From the NCBI GenBank assembly GCA_041665365.1, contig JBAYIY010000005.1:5946-69945 (forward strand): DNA of 64,000 nt. The letters are read 5' to 3'. The position numbers were made by a program, and so were the translations under genes. The stretch comes from Patescibacteria group bacterium. GTDB taxonomy: Bacteria > Patescibacteriota > Patescibacteriia > UBA9570. Below the pieces are notes generated by a model, which worked only from the letters and a program-made list of their open reading frames with translations, was not told the DNA's origin and made no database searches. Positions 46,731 through 57,706 of this stretch are shown here, piece by piece (position 1 is the stretch's first letter; the number at the start of each line of letters is the position of its first letter).

Positions 46731-48574
46731 TAGTTTAATTGGTCTAATTGCAAATTACGTGTCACTAAATAATGTAGCTTATGTTTGGCTTCTTGACCAG
46801 CTTGTAATGTAACACGATTTTTCTTGCCTAGTTTAATTCTAAACCCACGCGGTCGCCATCTTTTAGTAAAAGTTTGTGTCTCTAACAGAGACTTGGTTTG
46901 TTGTTTATATAAAAACACTTTTATCTTTCTTTTACTAGGTGTTCTAGTGACAGCGATAAAAAGATATTCATGGCGTGCCGCAAACACCCGCGCTAATATC
47001 TTGCGTTGGGCACGATCATTAAAAGTTAAAGTTTGGACAATGGTATTTGTCGCACAATTAACCACCCAAGCTTGTTGGCCAACTTTTTCAACCACAATGC
47101 GATAGCGTCGATTGCGTGCATACTTACGCAATTTATAATCGGTGGTGGGATAATTAGCTAAAATACCGCCCAAAGTGACAGAATTCTCACAGGTATAAAT
47201 CGGCCAATAACCAATATAAACTTTACCATTGCCGCTATTATACTGACTGGCAGCAACTACAATCTCAGAAGCGCCATCTCCATTAAAATCAACTGCTGCC
47301 ACTTTGGCGGCCGCTAGATCTGCCTCGGCTTCACCAGTAAATGGATAATCATCCGTAACATTATGACTAGTTAACGAAGTACTACCTAACACTAAGAAAG
47401 CCCGCCCGGCTTGGTTGTCTAAATTTGACGGTGCCCCCAACAAAAGATCGTCAATCCCATCATGATTTAAATCCTTTAGCACAGTCACGGCCGTACCTAA
47501 AGCATCATCGGCGAAGGCAGTTGTTAAAATAATACCAGAATTGATTGACTGCGACTCCGGTAAACTGCTCGCTCCAGACATAATATAAACCCGCCCCGCG
47601 TTACTGGCATCAGCATCACTGGCTGGAGCACCAATCACAATGTCATTATAACCGTCACCGGTCACATCACCCACCGCTAAACTATCACCAATCTTTTCGT
47701 TCCGGGTTTGTCCGGCAATATTACTAAAATTATCTAGCGCTTGATTGGTATAATGGGTCGTTTGTCCGGGAACAATATAAACATAACCAGCATCTCGAGT
47801 TGACCCATCATGGCGATGGGCGGTCACAATTATATCACTGACACCATCATTCGTAACATCACCGGCCGCAATGGCTGAACCGGTATAGTCATAACTGTCA
47901 CCTGACAATAAGGTATAATCACCTAAATCTTCAGTGGTTGAGAAACTAGCGGCTTGACCATACACGAGATAGACTCCACCGGATCGACTACTGCGCCAGG
48001 TTGCACCAATGGCAAAATCATCATAACCGTCGCCGTCCATATCGCCAACTCCTTGCACAGCCGCCCCGGCTCCATCTTTAGAATTTTCTCCATAGAAGCG
48101 CGGGAAATTTTTAACCGATTGATTTGTGATATGACTGATTTGTCCATACACAATGTAAATAGTGCCAGGATTAGAATTACTACTGTCATGATAATTTGAC
48201 ACGACAGCAAAATCATCAAACCCATCACCATTGATATCTCCTAACCCACCCAGTTGTTCACCAAGTTTGTCACCGGCAGTTTCGCCTGTTATCGTTGGTT
48301 GATCAGGAAAAACAATTTCATCAATCCGCGCGGCTTGCCCATAGATAATATAAACCGCGCCTTCAGAATTTGTTCCGGCCGATGGTGCTGACACAATCAT
48401 ATCTTGATAACCATCAGCATTGAGATCACCAACGTTAGCCACAGCTGTTCCCGCAAATTGACTGGCCGCTGTATTGGTAATTGAAGCAAAATCAGCCAGA
48501 CTGGTCTCGGCTGCTGCCCGTCCTAAAACCGGTACACTGATACAAACTAAACAAATTAACCAATATCTATACAT
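46730..48574 (-). CDS. Secreted integrin-alpha-like FG-GAP beta-propeller protein with basic C-terminal domain
   Basis: Signal peptide; about seven GD.NGDG.DD..GAP..G.VY repeats; K/R-rich last ~150 aa. Confidence 0.85.
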   Translation of the reverse strand: MYRYWLICLVCISVPVLGRAAAETSLADFASITNTAASQFAGTAVANVGDLNADGYQDMIVSAPSAGTNSEGAVYIIYGQAARIDEIVFPDQPTITGETAGDKLGEQLGGLGDINGDGFDDFAVVSNYHDSSNSNPGTIYIVYGQISHITNQSVKNFPRFYGENSKDGAGAAVQGVGDMDGDGYDDFAIGATWRSSRSGGVYLVYGQAASFSTTEDLGDYTLLSGDSYDYTGSAIAAGDVTNDGVSDIIVTAHRHDGSTRDAGYVYIVPGQTTHYTNQALDNFSNIAGQTRNEKIGDSLAVGDVTGDGYNDIVIGAPASDADASNAGRVYIMSGASSLPESQSINSGIILTTAFADDALGTAVTVLKDLNHDGIDDLLLGAPSNLDNQAGRAFLVLGSTSLTSHNVTDDYPFTGEAEADLAAAKVAAVDFNGDGASEIVVAASQYNSGNGKVYIGYWPIYTCENSVTLGGILANYPTTDYKLRKYARNRRYRIVVEKVGQQAWVVNCATNTIVQTLTFNDRAQRKILARVFAARHEYLFIAVTRTPSKRKIKVFLYKQQTKSLLETQTFTKRWRPRGFRIKLGKKNRVTLQAGQEAKHKLHYLVTRNLQLDQLN

Positions 48575-48581
48575 ACAAATA

Positions 48582-50366
48582 TTATCTTTTTAAAACTGCC
48601 AAAAATGCTTCTTTCGGAATATCTACTTTGCCAATAGATTTCATTTTGGCCTTACCTTTCTTTTGTTTTTCCAGCAATTTTCGTTTCCGGCTAACATCAC
48701 CACCATACAGTTTGGCCGTGACATCCTTGCGCATGGCTGGAATGCGCTCGGATGCTATTATCTTACCACCAATCGTCGCTTGCAGTCGAACCTCAAACAT
48801 TTGGCGCGGTAAAACCTGTTTTAATGATGTTACTATCTTTCGTCCAATACTCTGGGCATCATCACTATAAACAATCGAAGATAAGGCTTCAATGGGTTCA
48901 CCGGCTACTTGAATATCCATCCGTCTAACCTCGCAGGTAGTATAACCCACGACCTCATAATTGAGTGAGGCATAACCAGACGACACATTTTTTAAACGAT
49001 CATAAAAATCAACAATGATACCAGACAGTGGCACCTTATAATGAATCACTACCCGTTCCGGATCGAGATATTCCAAATCACTATTGGATGGTTGCCCCCG
49101 TCGATCTTGCAGTAAAGCCATGATGCCGCCAATATAGGCGGTTGGTGTCACCACATCAACTTGCATGACCGGTTCTTCCACTAATTTCATTTGTGTCGGA
49201 TCAGGTAAATCAAGCGGCGATGAAATAGTAGTAACGGTACCATTGGTCAGAGTCACGCGATACGCCACTGCCGGAACCGTCACAATTAAATCCAAATTAT
49301 ATTCACGGTGTAAGCGCTCTTGCACCACATCAAGATGCAGTAAACCCAAAAACCCACACCGAAAACCATATCCTAAAGCTTTCGAATTTTCCGGTTCAAA
49401 AGTTAAAGCCGCATCATTTAATTTTAATTTACCCAAGGCTTCACGCAATTTAGGAAAATCATCACCCTCTTTGCAAAAAATACTAGCAAACACCATCGGC
49501 TTGGCTTGCCGATAACCCGGTAATGGCACTGCAGCTGGATCTTTCGCTAGCGTAATAGTATCTCCTACTTTACACTCCTCGACAGATTTTAAGCCCGTCA
49601 CCACATAGCCAATTTCACCGGCGCCTAAACTGGGTTGAGCTAAATATTTTGGTTTAAAATACCCCACCTCAATGGCTTCAGAGGTGACTTTGTTAATCAT
49701 AAATAACAATTTACTATGTCTATCAATACTGCCTTGCATTAACCGAACATAAGCAATTACTCCACGATAATCATCAAAGGTGGAATCAAAAATTAAGGCT
49801 TGAGTGGTTTCGCCTACCACTGTCGGCGATGCAACTTTATTAATAACCGCATCTAAAATTGATAAAACATTCTCACCGGTTTTGGCTGACACACAAATAA
49901 TTTCATCATCGGTACAGCCGAGCAAGTGTTTTATTTCTTGCCGCACTTTCGGTACATCGGCAGCTGGTAAATCAATTTTATTAATGACCGGTATGATTTG
50001 CAAATCTTGCTCAATAGCTAAATACAAATTAGCTAAAGTTTGTGCCTCGATCCCTTGGCTCGCATCGACCACTAACAAGGCTCCCTCACAACAGGCTAAT
50101 GAACGCGATACTTCATAAGTAAAATCAACGTGGCCAGGTGTATCAATTAAATTTAGTATGTAACCGTGATATTCCATGCGTACCGGCTGCAGTTTTATGG
50201 TGATACCTCGTTCCCGCTCAATATCCATGGAATCCAACAATTGATCTTTCATCTCCCGTTTGGAGACAGTGCCAGTTAATTCTAACAGCCGATCAGCTAA
50301 GGTTGATTTACCATGATCAATATGAGCAATAATGCAAAAATTGCGGATTTTATCGAGTGGTGTCAT
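48582..50366 (-). CDS. lepA: Elongation factor 4
   Basis: IRNFCIIAHIDHGKSTLADR, GFRCGFLGLLH, RKDVTAKLYGGD. Confidence 0.99.
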   Translation of the reverse strand: MTPLDKIRNFCIIAHIDHGKSTLADRLLELTGTVSKREMKDQLLDSMDIERERGITIKLQPVRMEYHGYILNLIDTPGHVDFTYEVSRSLACCEGALLVVDASQGIEAQTLANLYLAIEQDLQIIPVINKIDLPAADVPKVRQEIKHLLGCTDDEIICVSAKTGENVLSILDAVINKVASPTVVGETTQALIFDSTFDDYRGVIAYVRLMQGSIDRHSKLLFMINKVTSEAIEVGYFKPKYLAQPSLGAGEIGYVVTGLKSVEECKVGDTITLAKDPAAVPLPGYRQAKPMVFASIFCKEGDDFPKLREALGKLKLNDAALTFEPENSKALGYGFRCGFLGLLHLDVVQERLHREYNLDLIVTVPAVAYRVTLTNGTVTTISSPLDLPDPTQMKLVEEPVMQVDVVTPTAYIGGIMALLQDRRGQPSNSDLEYLDPERVVIHYKVPLSGIIVDFYDRLKNVSSGYASLNYEVVGYTTCEVRRMDIQVAGEPIEALSSIVYSDDAQSIGRKIVTSLKQVLPRQMFEVRLQATIGGKIIASERIPAMRKDVTAKLYGGDVSRKRKLLEKQKKGKAKMKSIGKVDIPKEAFLAVLKR

Positions 50367-51924
50367 GCAGCCCGAGTATATCAGCTTCCCGCGCAAAGGC
50401 AATGTTAGCGAATTGCCACGGTTTATCCATTATGCCCAGCTGAACAAAATGATCAGTGTGTGGTACAGGGATGGGCTGAGTGATAATAGATTGAGGGATA
50501 TCTTCAGACGGAAAAGCATCTGTCACTATAATGACATAACGAATGTTATTGGCCACGGTTAATTTTGAATGATCTGAACTACTCATGACATAATTGAAAG
50601 ATTTCAGAGCATAATCCCGACCCGGTGACACTTCCACTACTTGATAATCGGGTAAGATGTAGGATATTTCACGAAAAGCATCTTTATTGCGTAGTAATAA
50701 ACCATTGGCTGGAGAGGGGTATTGTAAATTGCGCGTTGTTACAACCAAAGTTTGATCGGCCGGATAGTGTTGCGCCAGTTTTTGTACTTCCAACAAATAA
50801 GTTGATTGATTTTGCAAGGCCAGGTAGTTCCACTTAAACAGCTCTGGTGCGTAACGCGCCAGTTTTTGTAAATAGACCTGAGCCCGCGTGTGTGGAAAAA
50901 AATTAGTCTGAGCATACACTGGGCTGAGCAGTAAAAAAATACTCAGATTTAAAACAATTATCACACCGGCTAAACTTAAGCGGCGCTGCACTAACGGTAC
51001 TAATAGTAAGTAGGCTGGTGGTAATAACACTAAGGCGTAACCGACTTGTCCAAAATGAATCAAGCCATAAATGAGCCAAGCCGGACACACCCACGCTAAG
51101 CCAAATAAAATCCATGAGCGCTGGCCACGAATGATCTTGTAAACCGCCCAACCTAAACCAACCAAAACAAGATTCAAACTCAACAATAAAGTACTGCCAA
51201 CAAACTTAATTTGATTCCAGGTCCAGGCGGTATCGGCCGCGGCGCTACCGTACAACTTCCGTGATAATTCTAGATAATTATTCAAGCCACCCGTTAACCA
51301 AACGACGGGGATAAACCATAGTAGTGTCAGTCCAATAATTATACCACTGGTTATTAGCAATAATTTCCAGTTCCGGCGGTGAAAAGACGCCTGATAGATA
51401 AATAATGGTAATAATAACAACAACAGTGAGGGTCGAAAGGCTCCGGCTAATCCTAGTGTTAATGCTCCAAAAATTAAATACTGTCTGTCACGTTTAGTCA
51501 TGGTGAGAAAAACCAAATACCCTAAAGTGATACTCGCCGCCGCATCGACCGTATACGTTAGAGCCACCTCACGATTCAACCAAAATAACGGATTAACCAT
51601 CCAGGCTAAACTGATTAATCCGGCAGTCAGGTTTTTCTTCGATAATTGATAACACAATAAATACAGCATAATAACAGACACCCAACCAAATAGAGCCGCC
51701 ACTAAAGTTAGGGCTATATTATCTGGTAGTACCACACCAAACAATTTTCCTAAGACAATAAATAACGGATAACCTGGCGGATGTGGTTGATGCAGATTAA
51801 CATCATAATGATGTAAAGCGATATTAAATTGCGCCGCATCCCAATTAAACGGCACCGTCGAAAACCATGGTAAAGTTATTGCCCAATAAATGATTGATAA
51901 TCCCACTAACCAGCGTCGCATCAT
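50350..51924 (-). CDS. GT-C-type polytopic glycosyltransferase (DUF2723/ArnT-like)
   Basis: WDAAQF..HQPHPPGYPLF; multiple TM segments. Confidence 0.7.
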   Translation of the reverse strand: MMRRWLVGLSIIYWAITLPWFSTVPFNWDAAQFNIALHHYDVNLHQPHPPGYPLFIVLGKLFGVVLPDNIALTLVAALFGWVSVIMLYLLCYQLSKKNLTAGLISLAWMVNPLFWLNREVALTYTVDAAASITLGYLVFLTMTKRDRQYLIFGALTLGLAGAFRPSLLLLLLPLFIYQASFHRRNWKLLLITSGIIIGLTLLWFIPVVWLTGGLNNYLELSRKLYGSAAADTAWTWNQIKFVGSTLLLSLNLVLVGLGWAVYKIIRGQRSWILFGLAWVCPAWLIYGLIHFGQVGYALVLLPPAYLLLVPLVQRRLSLAGVIIVLNLSIFLLLSPVYAQTNFFPHTRAQVYLQKLARYAPELFKWNYLALQNQSTYLLEVQKLAQHYPADQTLVVTTRNLQYPSPANGLLLRNKDAFREISYILPDYQVVEVSPGRDYALKSFNYVMSSSDHSKLTVANNIRYVIIVTDAFPSEDIPQSIITQPIPVPHTDHFVQLGIMDKPWQFANIAFAREADILGLHDTTR

Positions 51925-53504
51925 AACAACCGTTTTAATTTAATTAAAGATTGTTTGACAATATTCAATTCAGGAAATTGAAAGATGTAGGCTAAACCCA
52001 TATATATTATAGCGCCTCCAACCATACTGACCAAGGTTTGTATTAATATACCAACATATGTCTGCATATCTACCAGTGGGGCAACTAAATATTTCAAACC
52101 ATGAATCACAAAACCAGTGCTGATAGTTGCCAAACTGATTCGTAAGACCGCTTGAATAATAGCGTTATCTTCCAGATCACCGAATTTTAAACGCAAAGCT
52201 CCTAATAATAACAGCATATTCAACACACTACTAATAGAAAAGGCTAGGGCTAAACCGTATAACCCGTACCACTGACTTAAACTATTGGCCAATAATAAAT
52301 TCGTCAGCACACTAATAATACTGATAACTACGGTGGTTTTTGTATCTTGATGAGCAAAAAAAGAGCGCGCCAAGAGTGGAATTGAGGCTTGCGCGAATAA
52401 GGCGATCGAAAATATTCCGAGCACTTGCGCCGTAGCAATGGTCGCTGTCCAATCAAACGCTCCACTCCCTAAGCCTAAAATCAACCGAACAATTTGTGCG
52501 CGTAACAGCAAAATAACTACACTAATGGGAATTATTAAAAATAGTAATCTGCGAAAATTGTTGGAAAAAACTTGTTTGAATTTTGGCAAATCTTGTTCCG
52601 CAAACGCTTGGGAAAAAATTGGAAACGCTGAAATGGCTAGAGATACGCCAAACATATTGATCGGTACATTCTGTAAATTGTCCGCCCACTTCCAGATGGT
52701 TAAATTTCCAACCGATAAACGCAGGGCATAAGCTGTAATGATAATGGCATTAACTTGAGTAATACCCAAAGCCAAGGCGCGCGGTGGCATTAAGCGTAAT
52801 AATTTTTTTACTCCCGGAGTGCGCCAGGACGCCCACGGTTGATAATGAAAACCAGTGCTAAACACCGCCACACCTTGAATTGTCAGATGCAGTAAAGCTC
52901 CAAGAATTACACCATAGGCTAGCCCAACGACACCAAATTTTGGATACAGCCAGATAATCCCAATAATAATGCCAACATTATATAAAATTGGAGCCAGAGC
53001 AAAAGCGATAAATTGCCGTTTGGCTTGGAGAATTCCAGAAAACACGTTACTGATGCCAAAACAAATCACGCTCAATAACATAATCCGCATGAGTTGGGCT
53101 GTACCAACTTGCTGTTCCAATGGCCGATTAGCCATTAACCAATGCGCGATCGGATTAGATAACACCAGACCGATAACAGTACAAACAATTAAACCAAGTG
53201 TGATGATATTCAACACACTACTGGCTAATCGATTAGCTTCGGCGGTACTGCCTTGCGTCCGTCTTTCAATATAAATTGGTATAAAACTAGCCGATAATGC
53301 CCCTAATACTACTATATTAAAAATAAAATCTGGTACTTGAAAAGCGGCATTGTACATATCTAGTACCGCTCCGGCACCAAGGATTTGCGCAAATAAATTT
53401 TCGCGTACTAAACCGATTAGACGAGACAATAGTGAAGCCAGGGCCATGATAGCGGCACCACCGACTACTGTTTGTGCCAAAGCTCTAAGCCGTTTCCACC
53501 ACAT
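51921..53504 (-). CDS. murJ: Lipid II flippase MurJ
   Basis: LSRLIGLVRE, AAFQVPD, GALSASFIP, RSFFAHQDTKT. Confidence 0.95.
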   Translation of the reverse strand: MWWKRLRALAQTVVGGAAIMALASLLSRLIGLVRENLFAQILGAGAVLDMYNAAFQVPDFIFNIVVLGALSASFIPIYIERRTQGSTAEANRLASSVLNIITLGLIVCTVIGLVLSNPIAHWLMANRPLEQQVGTAQLMRIMLLSVICFGISNVFSGILQAKRQFIAFALAPILYNVGIIIGIIWLYPKFGVVGLAYGVILGALLHLTIQGVAVFSTGFHYQPWASWRTPGVKKLLRLMPPRALALGITQVNAIIITAYALRLSVGNLTIWKWADNLQNVPINMFGVSLAISAFPIFSQAFAEQDLPKFKQVFSNNFRRLLFLIIPISVVILLLRAQIVRLILGLGSGAFDWTATIATAQVLGIFSIALFAQASIPLLARSFFAHQDTKTTVVISIISVLTNLLLANSLSQWYGLYGLALAFSISSVLNMLLLLGALRLKFGDLEDNAIIQAVLRISLATISTGFVIHGLKYLVAPLVDMQTYVGILIQTLVSMVGGAIIYMGLAYIFQFPELNIVKQSLIKLKRLL

Positions 53505-53506
53505 GG

Positions 53507-55615
53507 TTATTCAAAGACAGCGCCCACAAAGCGATCACTAGTTAACGCTTCATCCAACTTTAAGGTGGTGGCCGGATAGCTCCAGGCCAAAGTCCAATTG
53601 GCAGGATAATCCAAGCTGGTGTGCACCATCGGATCAAACGATCCAGGTTGTTTTTGTAATAACAAACTGTAGCGTCCGGGTGCCCATTGGCTACGCGTTA
53701 CTGTGAAGGGTAAACGATAACTGATCGTGACGATACTAGTGCTACCCGGTTCGGTTTGAATCCAATTACCAAATACAGTTTTACCAAACTCCTGATTAAT
53801 TCTGGTTTGTGTCTTGCTATCTACCAAAATAGTTCCACTCACGGCTTGTAAATCTGCATCTTGTTCATAACCAGACTCAACCGGCAAAACAATATTTGGA
53901 TCTGGTTGAGTAAAGCCTTCGGCACTTAATAACTCACTCCCTTGTGGTACATAAATTCTCACATAATCAACGTTTTTTACATTAGCGAAAAGATCATCTG
54001 GCTGCCCGGTATGCTCACGCGTTAACGTAACGGTATCAATCACATTTCCGGCCGCATCAATACTGGCATGATGCTGAATGGAAGTTTGTACAACCTTATC
54101 TGTCTTCCCACCACCGATATTGGTATCAACCACTTCCAAATAATCACCGGGAGTGGATTTTACCTCCCCTGTCCAACCGCGGGCTTGAAATTCTTGCTCA
54201 ATGAATTGATCGTTAAAATACACGAGAATATCTTTTTGTTGCAAACCATTATAGACTACTTGTAACATCGGTAAAACCGTGGTGGCATCAACTGTAAATA
54301 ATTTATCCAGTAAGCGCGGAGTTAAGTCAGCGATGAATTTTTTGGATTCACGCGTGTCATCATATTTCCGTTCCGCCTGGGTTTGGGTGATTAAATAAAA
54401 ATTATCACTATCCACCACAGCATCATACTCGGGCATAGCAATGGGACCGGTAATAGTTAACATTTGTTCAATAATATCTGGCGTTAACGTAATTACACCA
54501 TCAACCGATGGCCCACCACTATGCTCATAAAACCATTGGATTTTTTCAGCTGACGTGGGAAAATCTGGCCACCAGTTAGCATCCTGTAATTGCCATTTTG
54601 CATTCACTAAATGCAACGGCTGTGGAGAGATGACTTGCTCGGTTAGACCACCCATTAAATCATACGGGCCCCCGCCAGGAATTTCTAAACTACTGACTCG
54701 ACCGTGATCAATATCGATTAAAGCAAAACTGCCGATAAAGCCGCCGGTGGCACGAAGTTCGCGATTATTTTGAAACAAAACTAAATACCGTTTTGGTTTA
54801 TCATGTCCCATTAACGTCACTAATGATTCAGTTAGTGCTACCATTTCTTCCAAATTTTTTGTGATAACGGGTAATTCGGTTTGTGCCAAGCGAATTTTAT
54901 CATGATATTCAGCTGGTACAGTGACCAAATTTACTTCGGATAAAGCTAAATTAGCTCGTTGTAAACGCGGTACGATCGGACGAATTAATGAGTGCGCCGC
55001 CACGAATAAATCGACCGGCTGACTATCTGAAGTAGTTTGAGATAATTGTTCAATCAGATTAAATGCCTTCACCATATCGGTGCCAGCTCCGGCAATCTGT
55101 TCACCGGCAATTAACAAATTATCGGTTGAGCCATATACCGGCGACAAAGTGGCATTCAAAGTATGCAATTTATCTTGCGCCTCCTGAAAGCTGATCTCAG
55201 CTTTATCAAATTTACCGGCTTGCATATCATCGACCGCGGCACCACTTAATAAACGGATATCATCAATGGTGGGGTTGGCCTGCCGGAGCATGGCAATGGT
55301 AGCCGCCGGCAATAAAGCTAACCCAGCGACAACAGCAAAAGCCAAAGCCGGCTTCCAGGCAAAGCTTAGATGCCAAGTTGTATGCCTCTGACGTACGACT
55401 GGTGGAGTAACTAATTTGGCTGGTTCGGGAATCGGTTGTACATTTAATACGGCTTTTTTTTCAACTTTAATGACCGGTTTGATCTCAGGTGCCAGTGGCA
55501 CTAGGGCTCTTAAATCAATAATATTATTTTTCGGTACACCTAACTGACCGGCTCGATCAACATGACCAAGACCGTCAGGTGTTAAGTTGGATGTTTTTGG
55601 TATAAACTTTTTCAT
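53507..55615 (-). CDS. DUF4012 domain-containing protein
   Basis: YLVLFQNNRELRATGGFIGS, DANWWPDFPTSA, GGKTD, QKQPG. Confidence 0.88.
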   Translation of the reverse strand: MKKFIPKTSNLTPDGLGHVDRAGQLGVPKNNIIDLRALVPLAPEIKPVIKVEKKAVLNVQPIPEPAKLVTPPVVRQRHTTWHLSFAWKPALAFAVVAGLALLPAATIAMLRQANPTIDDIRLLSGAAVDDMQAGKFDKAEISFQEAQDKLHTLNATLSPVYGSTDNLLIAGEQIAGAGTDMVKAFNLIEQLSQTTSDSQPVDLFVAAHSLIRPIVPRLQRANLALSEVNLVTVPAEYHDKIRLAQTELPVITKNLEEMVALTESLVTLMGHDKPKRYLVLFQNNRELRATGGFIGSFALIDIDHGRVSSLEIPGGGPYDLMGGLTEQVISPQPLHLVNAKWQLQDANWWPDFPTSAEKIQWFYEHSGGPSVDGVITLTPDIIEQMLTITGPIAMPEYDAVVDSDNFYLITQTQAERKYDDTRESKKFIADLTPRLLDKLFTVDATTVLPMLQVVYNGLQQKDILVYFNDQFIEQEFQARGWTGEVKSTPGDYLEVVDTNIGGGKTDKVVQTSIQHHASIDAAGNVIDTVTLTREHTGQPDDLFANVKNVDYVRIYVPQGSELLSAEGFTQPDPNIVLPVESGYEQDADLQAVSGTILVDSKTQTRINQEFGKTVFGNWIQTEPGSTSIVTISYRLPFTVTRSQWAPGRYSLLLQKQPGSFDPMVHTSLDYPANWTLAWSYPATTLKLDEALTSDRFVGAVFE

Positions 55616-56711
55616 AGAGAGCCAAGGTCTGCTTGGCCATTATTTGCCAATCATAACGCCTAACTTGGCGATAACCGCGGGCAATATAATCCGCCCGTAC
55701 GGCCTCGTCTTGGGTTAAGATTTGGATACCTCGTAGTATACCAGAAATATCATCAGGTTCAAAGTAAACTGCGGCGTCACCCAACACCTCGGGCAAACAA
55801 GAGCTTCTGGCTGATACCACCGGCGTACCATATTGCATAGCCTCTAGTGGTGGTAAACCAAAGCCTTCATAGCGCGATGGAAAAACATACACCGCCGCCG
55901 CTCGATACAAACTAGGTAAATGCGCATCCGGTACAAACCCAACAAAGTGCATCACGTCATCTACATCCTTTGCCCAAGCTAATTGTTTTAAGCGATCATA
56001 AAAATAGTCACCTTTCCCAACTAAAACGCAATGCAGCTTACTCCCCTGTTTCTTTAACTGTTGCATCACACTAACTAGTTGTTCTAAGTTTTTATGCGGA
56101 TAGGCGTTACCCACATATAAAAGATACGGCCAGTTAATATTATAACGTTTTAGAGCAATCGCTTTAGCCTCAAGTTTATCGACTGCTTCATACAAAACGG
56201 TAATTTTGTTTTTTGGTAATGAAAAATAATCGATTAAATCTCGTTTTGAGTATTCCGACACCGTGATAATATGTTGCGCGGCCCGCGCCGCATGACTAAT
56301 TACACTGTGGTAACCCAATTGTTTTATTTTATACATTAATGGCCCTAAGGTAGTGGCTCGTTCGGTGGGAAAACGACTAATGATTAAATCATGAATCGTC
56401 ACAATAAATGGCCGATTATATAATAATGGCACATTGAAATGTGGAAAATGAACCAAATCAAGTTTATAACGACGCAATTTAAGTGGTAATAATATTTGCT
56501 CAGCCAGTGAATACCACCGATAGGGTGCGGCAATAACCGTGACGTTCTTTTGCGGATAAGGCCAAGCTTCCACTAATTCTTCCGGAACAAAAATAAAATA
56601 CTGATTAGTGTGATCAAGTGGGAGTAAATATTTTAAGAGCTTTTCCGTATAGCGTCCTAAACCTTTGGATTGTTCGCCGCCAAAAAAACGGGCATCGATA
56701 CCAATACGCAT
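55575..56711 (-). CDS. Glycosyltransferase family 4
   Basis: MRIGIDAR, VTIHDL, FPSRYEGFGLPPLEAM. Confidence 0.93.
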   Translation of the reverse strand: MRIGIDARFFGGEQSKGLGRYTEKLLKYLLPLDHTNQYFIFVPEELVEAWPYPQKNVTVIAAPYRWYSLAEQILLPLKLRRYKLDLVHFPHFNVPLLYNRPFIVTIHDLIISRFPTERATTLGPLMYKIKQLGYHSVISHAARAAQHIITVSEYSKRDLIDYFSLPKNKITVLYEAVDKLEAKAIALKRYNINWPYLLYVGNAYPHKNLEQLVSVMQQLKKQGSKLHCVLVGKGDYFYDRLKQLAWAKDVDDVMHFVGFVPDAHLPSLYRAAAVYVFPSRYEGFGLPPLEAMQYGTPVVSARSSCLPEVLGDAAVYFEPDDISGILRGIQILTQDEAVRADYIARGYRQVRRYDWQIMAKQTLALYEKVYTKNIQLNT

Positions 56712-56716
56712 ATCAA

Positions 56717-57706
56717 TTAGTATACCGCCTGGCGTAGAACTCGCAATGTGTCCCGCGCGGTTTGTTCCCAAGAAAATTTTTTAAGTTGTTCTTTACCAGC
56801 TTCAATTAACCTCGTCCTCAACCTCTCATCCTGCAGTACTGTAGTAACGGCCAGCTGGATATCATGATTCGAATAGGGGTTAACATAGAGAGCGGCTTGT
56901 CCACAGATTTCAGGAATGGCACCGGCAAAACTGGCAATCACCGGCACACCCGCTTGCCAAGCTTCCAGTGGCGGAAAACCAAACCCTTCATATAAACTTG
57001 GGTACACTAGTGCTTGAGCATGTTCTAAAACATACCACTTCTGCGCTTCGGTTAAATATCCCAGGGGTGAGCCATCGCCAATTATAACTACATTGATATT
57101 GGGTAGAACCGGAATATTTTTTCTAGCATCACGCCCACCAAACATCACCACATAATTATCAGGCAAGTTTGGTACCAGTGCACTAGCCACGCGTTGCGGT
57201 GGACCAGATAAAATAGTCGTAACATGATTAGTTTTAACATCTTGCTGCGTAGATTGTGAGACAGTAATAATATGTTTGGCTTGTTTCATCAACCGCGTTG
57301 GTTGAATTAACCGGTGCCAGAGACGTTGTTTACGGGAGAGTAAATGTGGATAAAGATAAAGCGCACAATCATGCACGGTTAAAACATACGGGATTTTTCT
57401 ACTGTGTGGAAAAAAATTCCAATTGGGTAAAAATAGCACATCTACTCCACCTAAGATACGATCTATCTTAGGTGCCAAGCCAAATAAACTCAGCCCATGA
57501 AAGAGCTTATTTGGCCAAGGTAAATGGTGCCATTCAACTTCAGATGGAAATTCCAATTTTGGTTTTGACCAACCAGAGGTAAATAACACCAGCGTATCGG
57601 TACGATCAGGCAAAGCCAACAAAGCTCGAATGAGTTGCTGTGTATAAAAACTAACCCCCGATGGATGCGGCTCTAACAACGAGCGAGCATCAATCCCAAT
57701 GCGCAT
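56717..57706 (-). CDS. Glycosyltransferase family 4
   Basis: MRIGIDAR, LTVHD, YPSLYEGFGFPPLEA. Confidence 0.92.
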   Translation of the reverse strand: MRIGIDARSLLEPHPSGVSFYTQQLIRALLALPDRTDTLVLFTSGWSKPKLEFPSEVEWHHLPWPNKLFHGLSLFGLAPKIDRILGGVDVLFLPNWNFFPHSRKIPYVLTVHDCALYLYPHLLSRKQRLWHRLIQPTRLMKQAKHIITVSQSTQQDVKTNHVTTILSGPPQRVASALVPNLPDNYVVMFGGRDARKNIPVLPNINVVIIGDGSPLGYLTEAQKWYVLEHAQALVYPSLYEGFGFPPLEAWQAGVPVIASFAGAIPEICGQAALYVNPYSNHDIQLAVTTVLQDERLRTRLIEAGKEQLKKFSWEQTARDTLRVLRQAVY

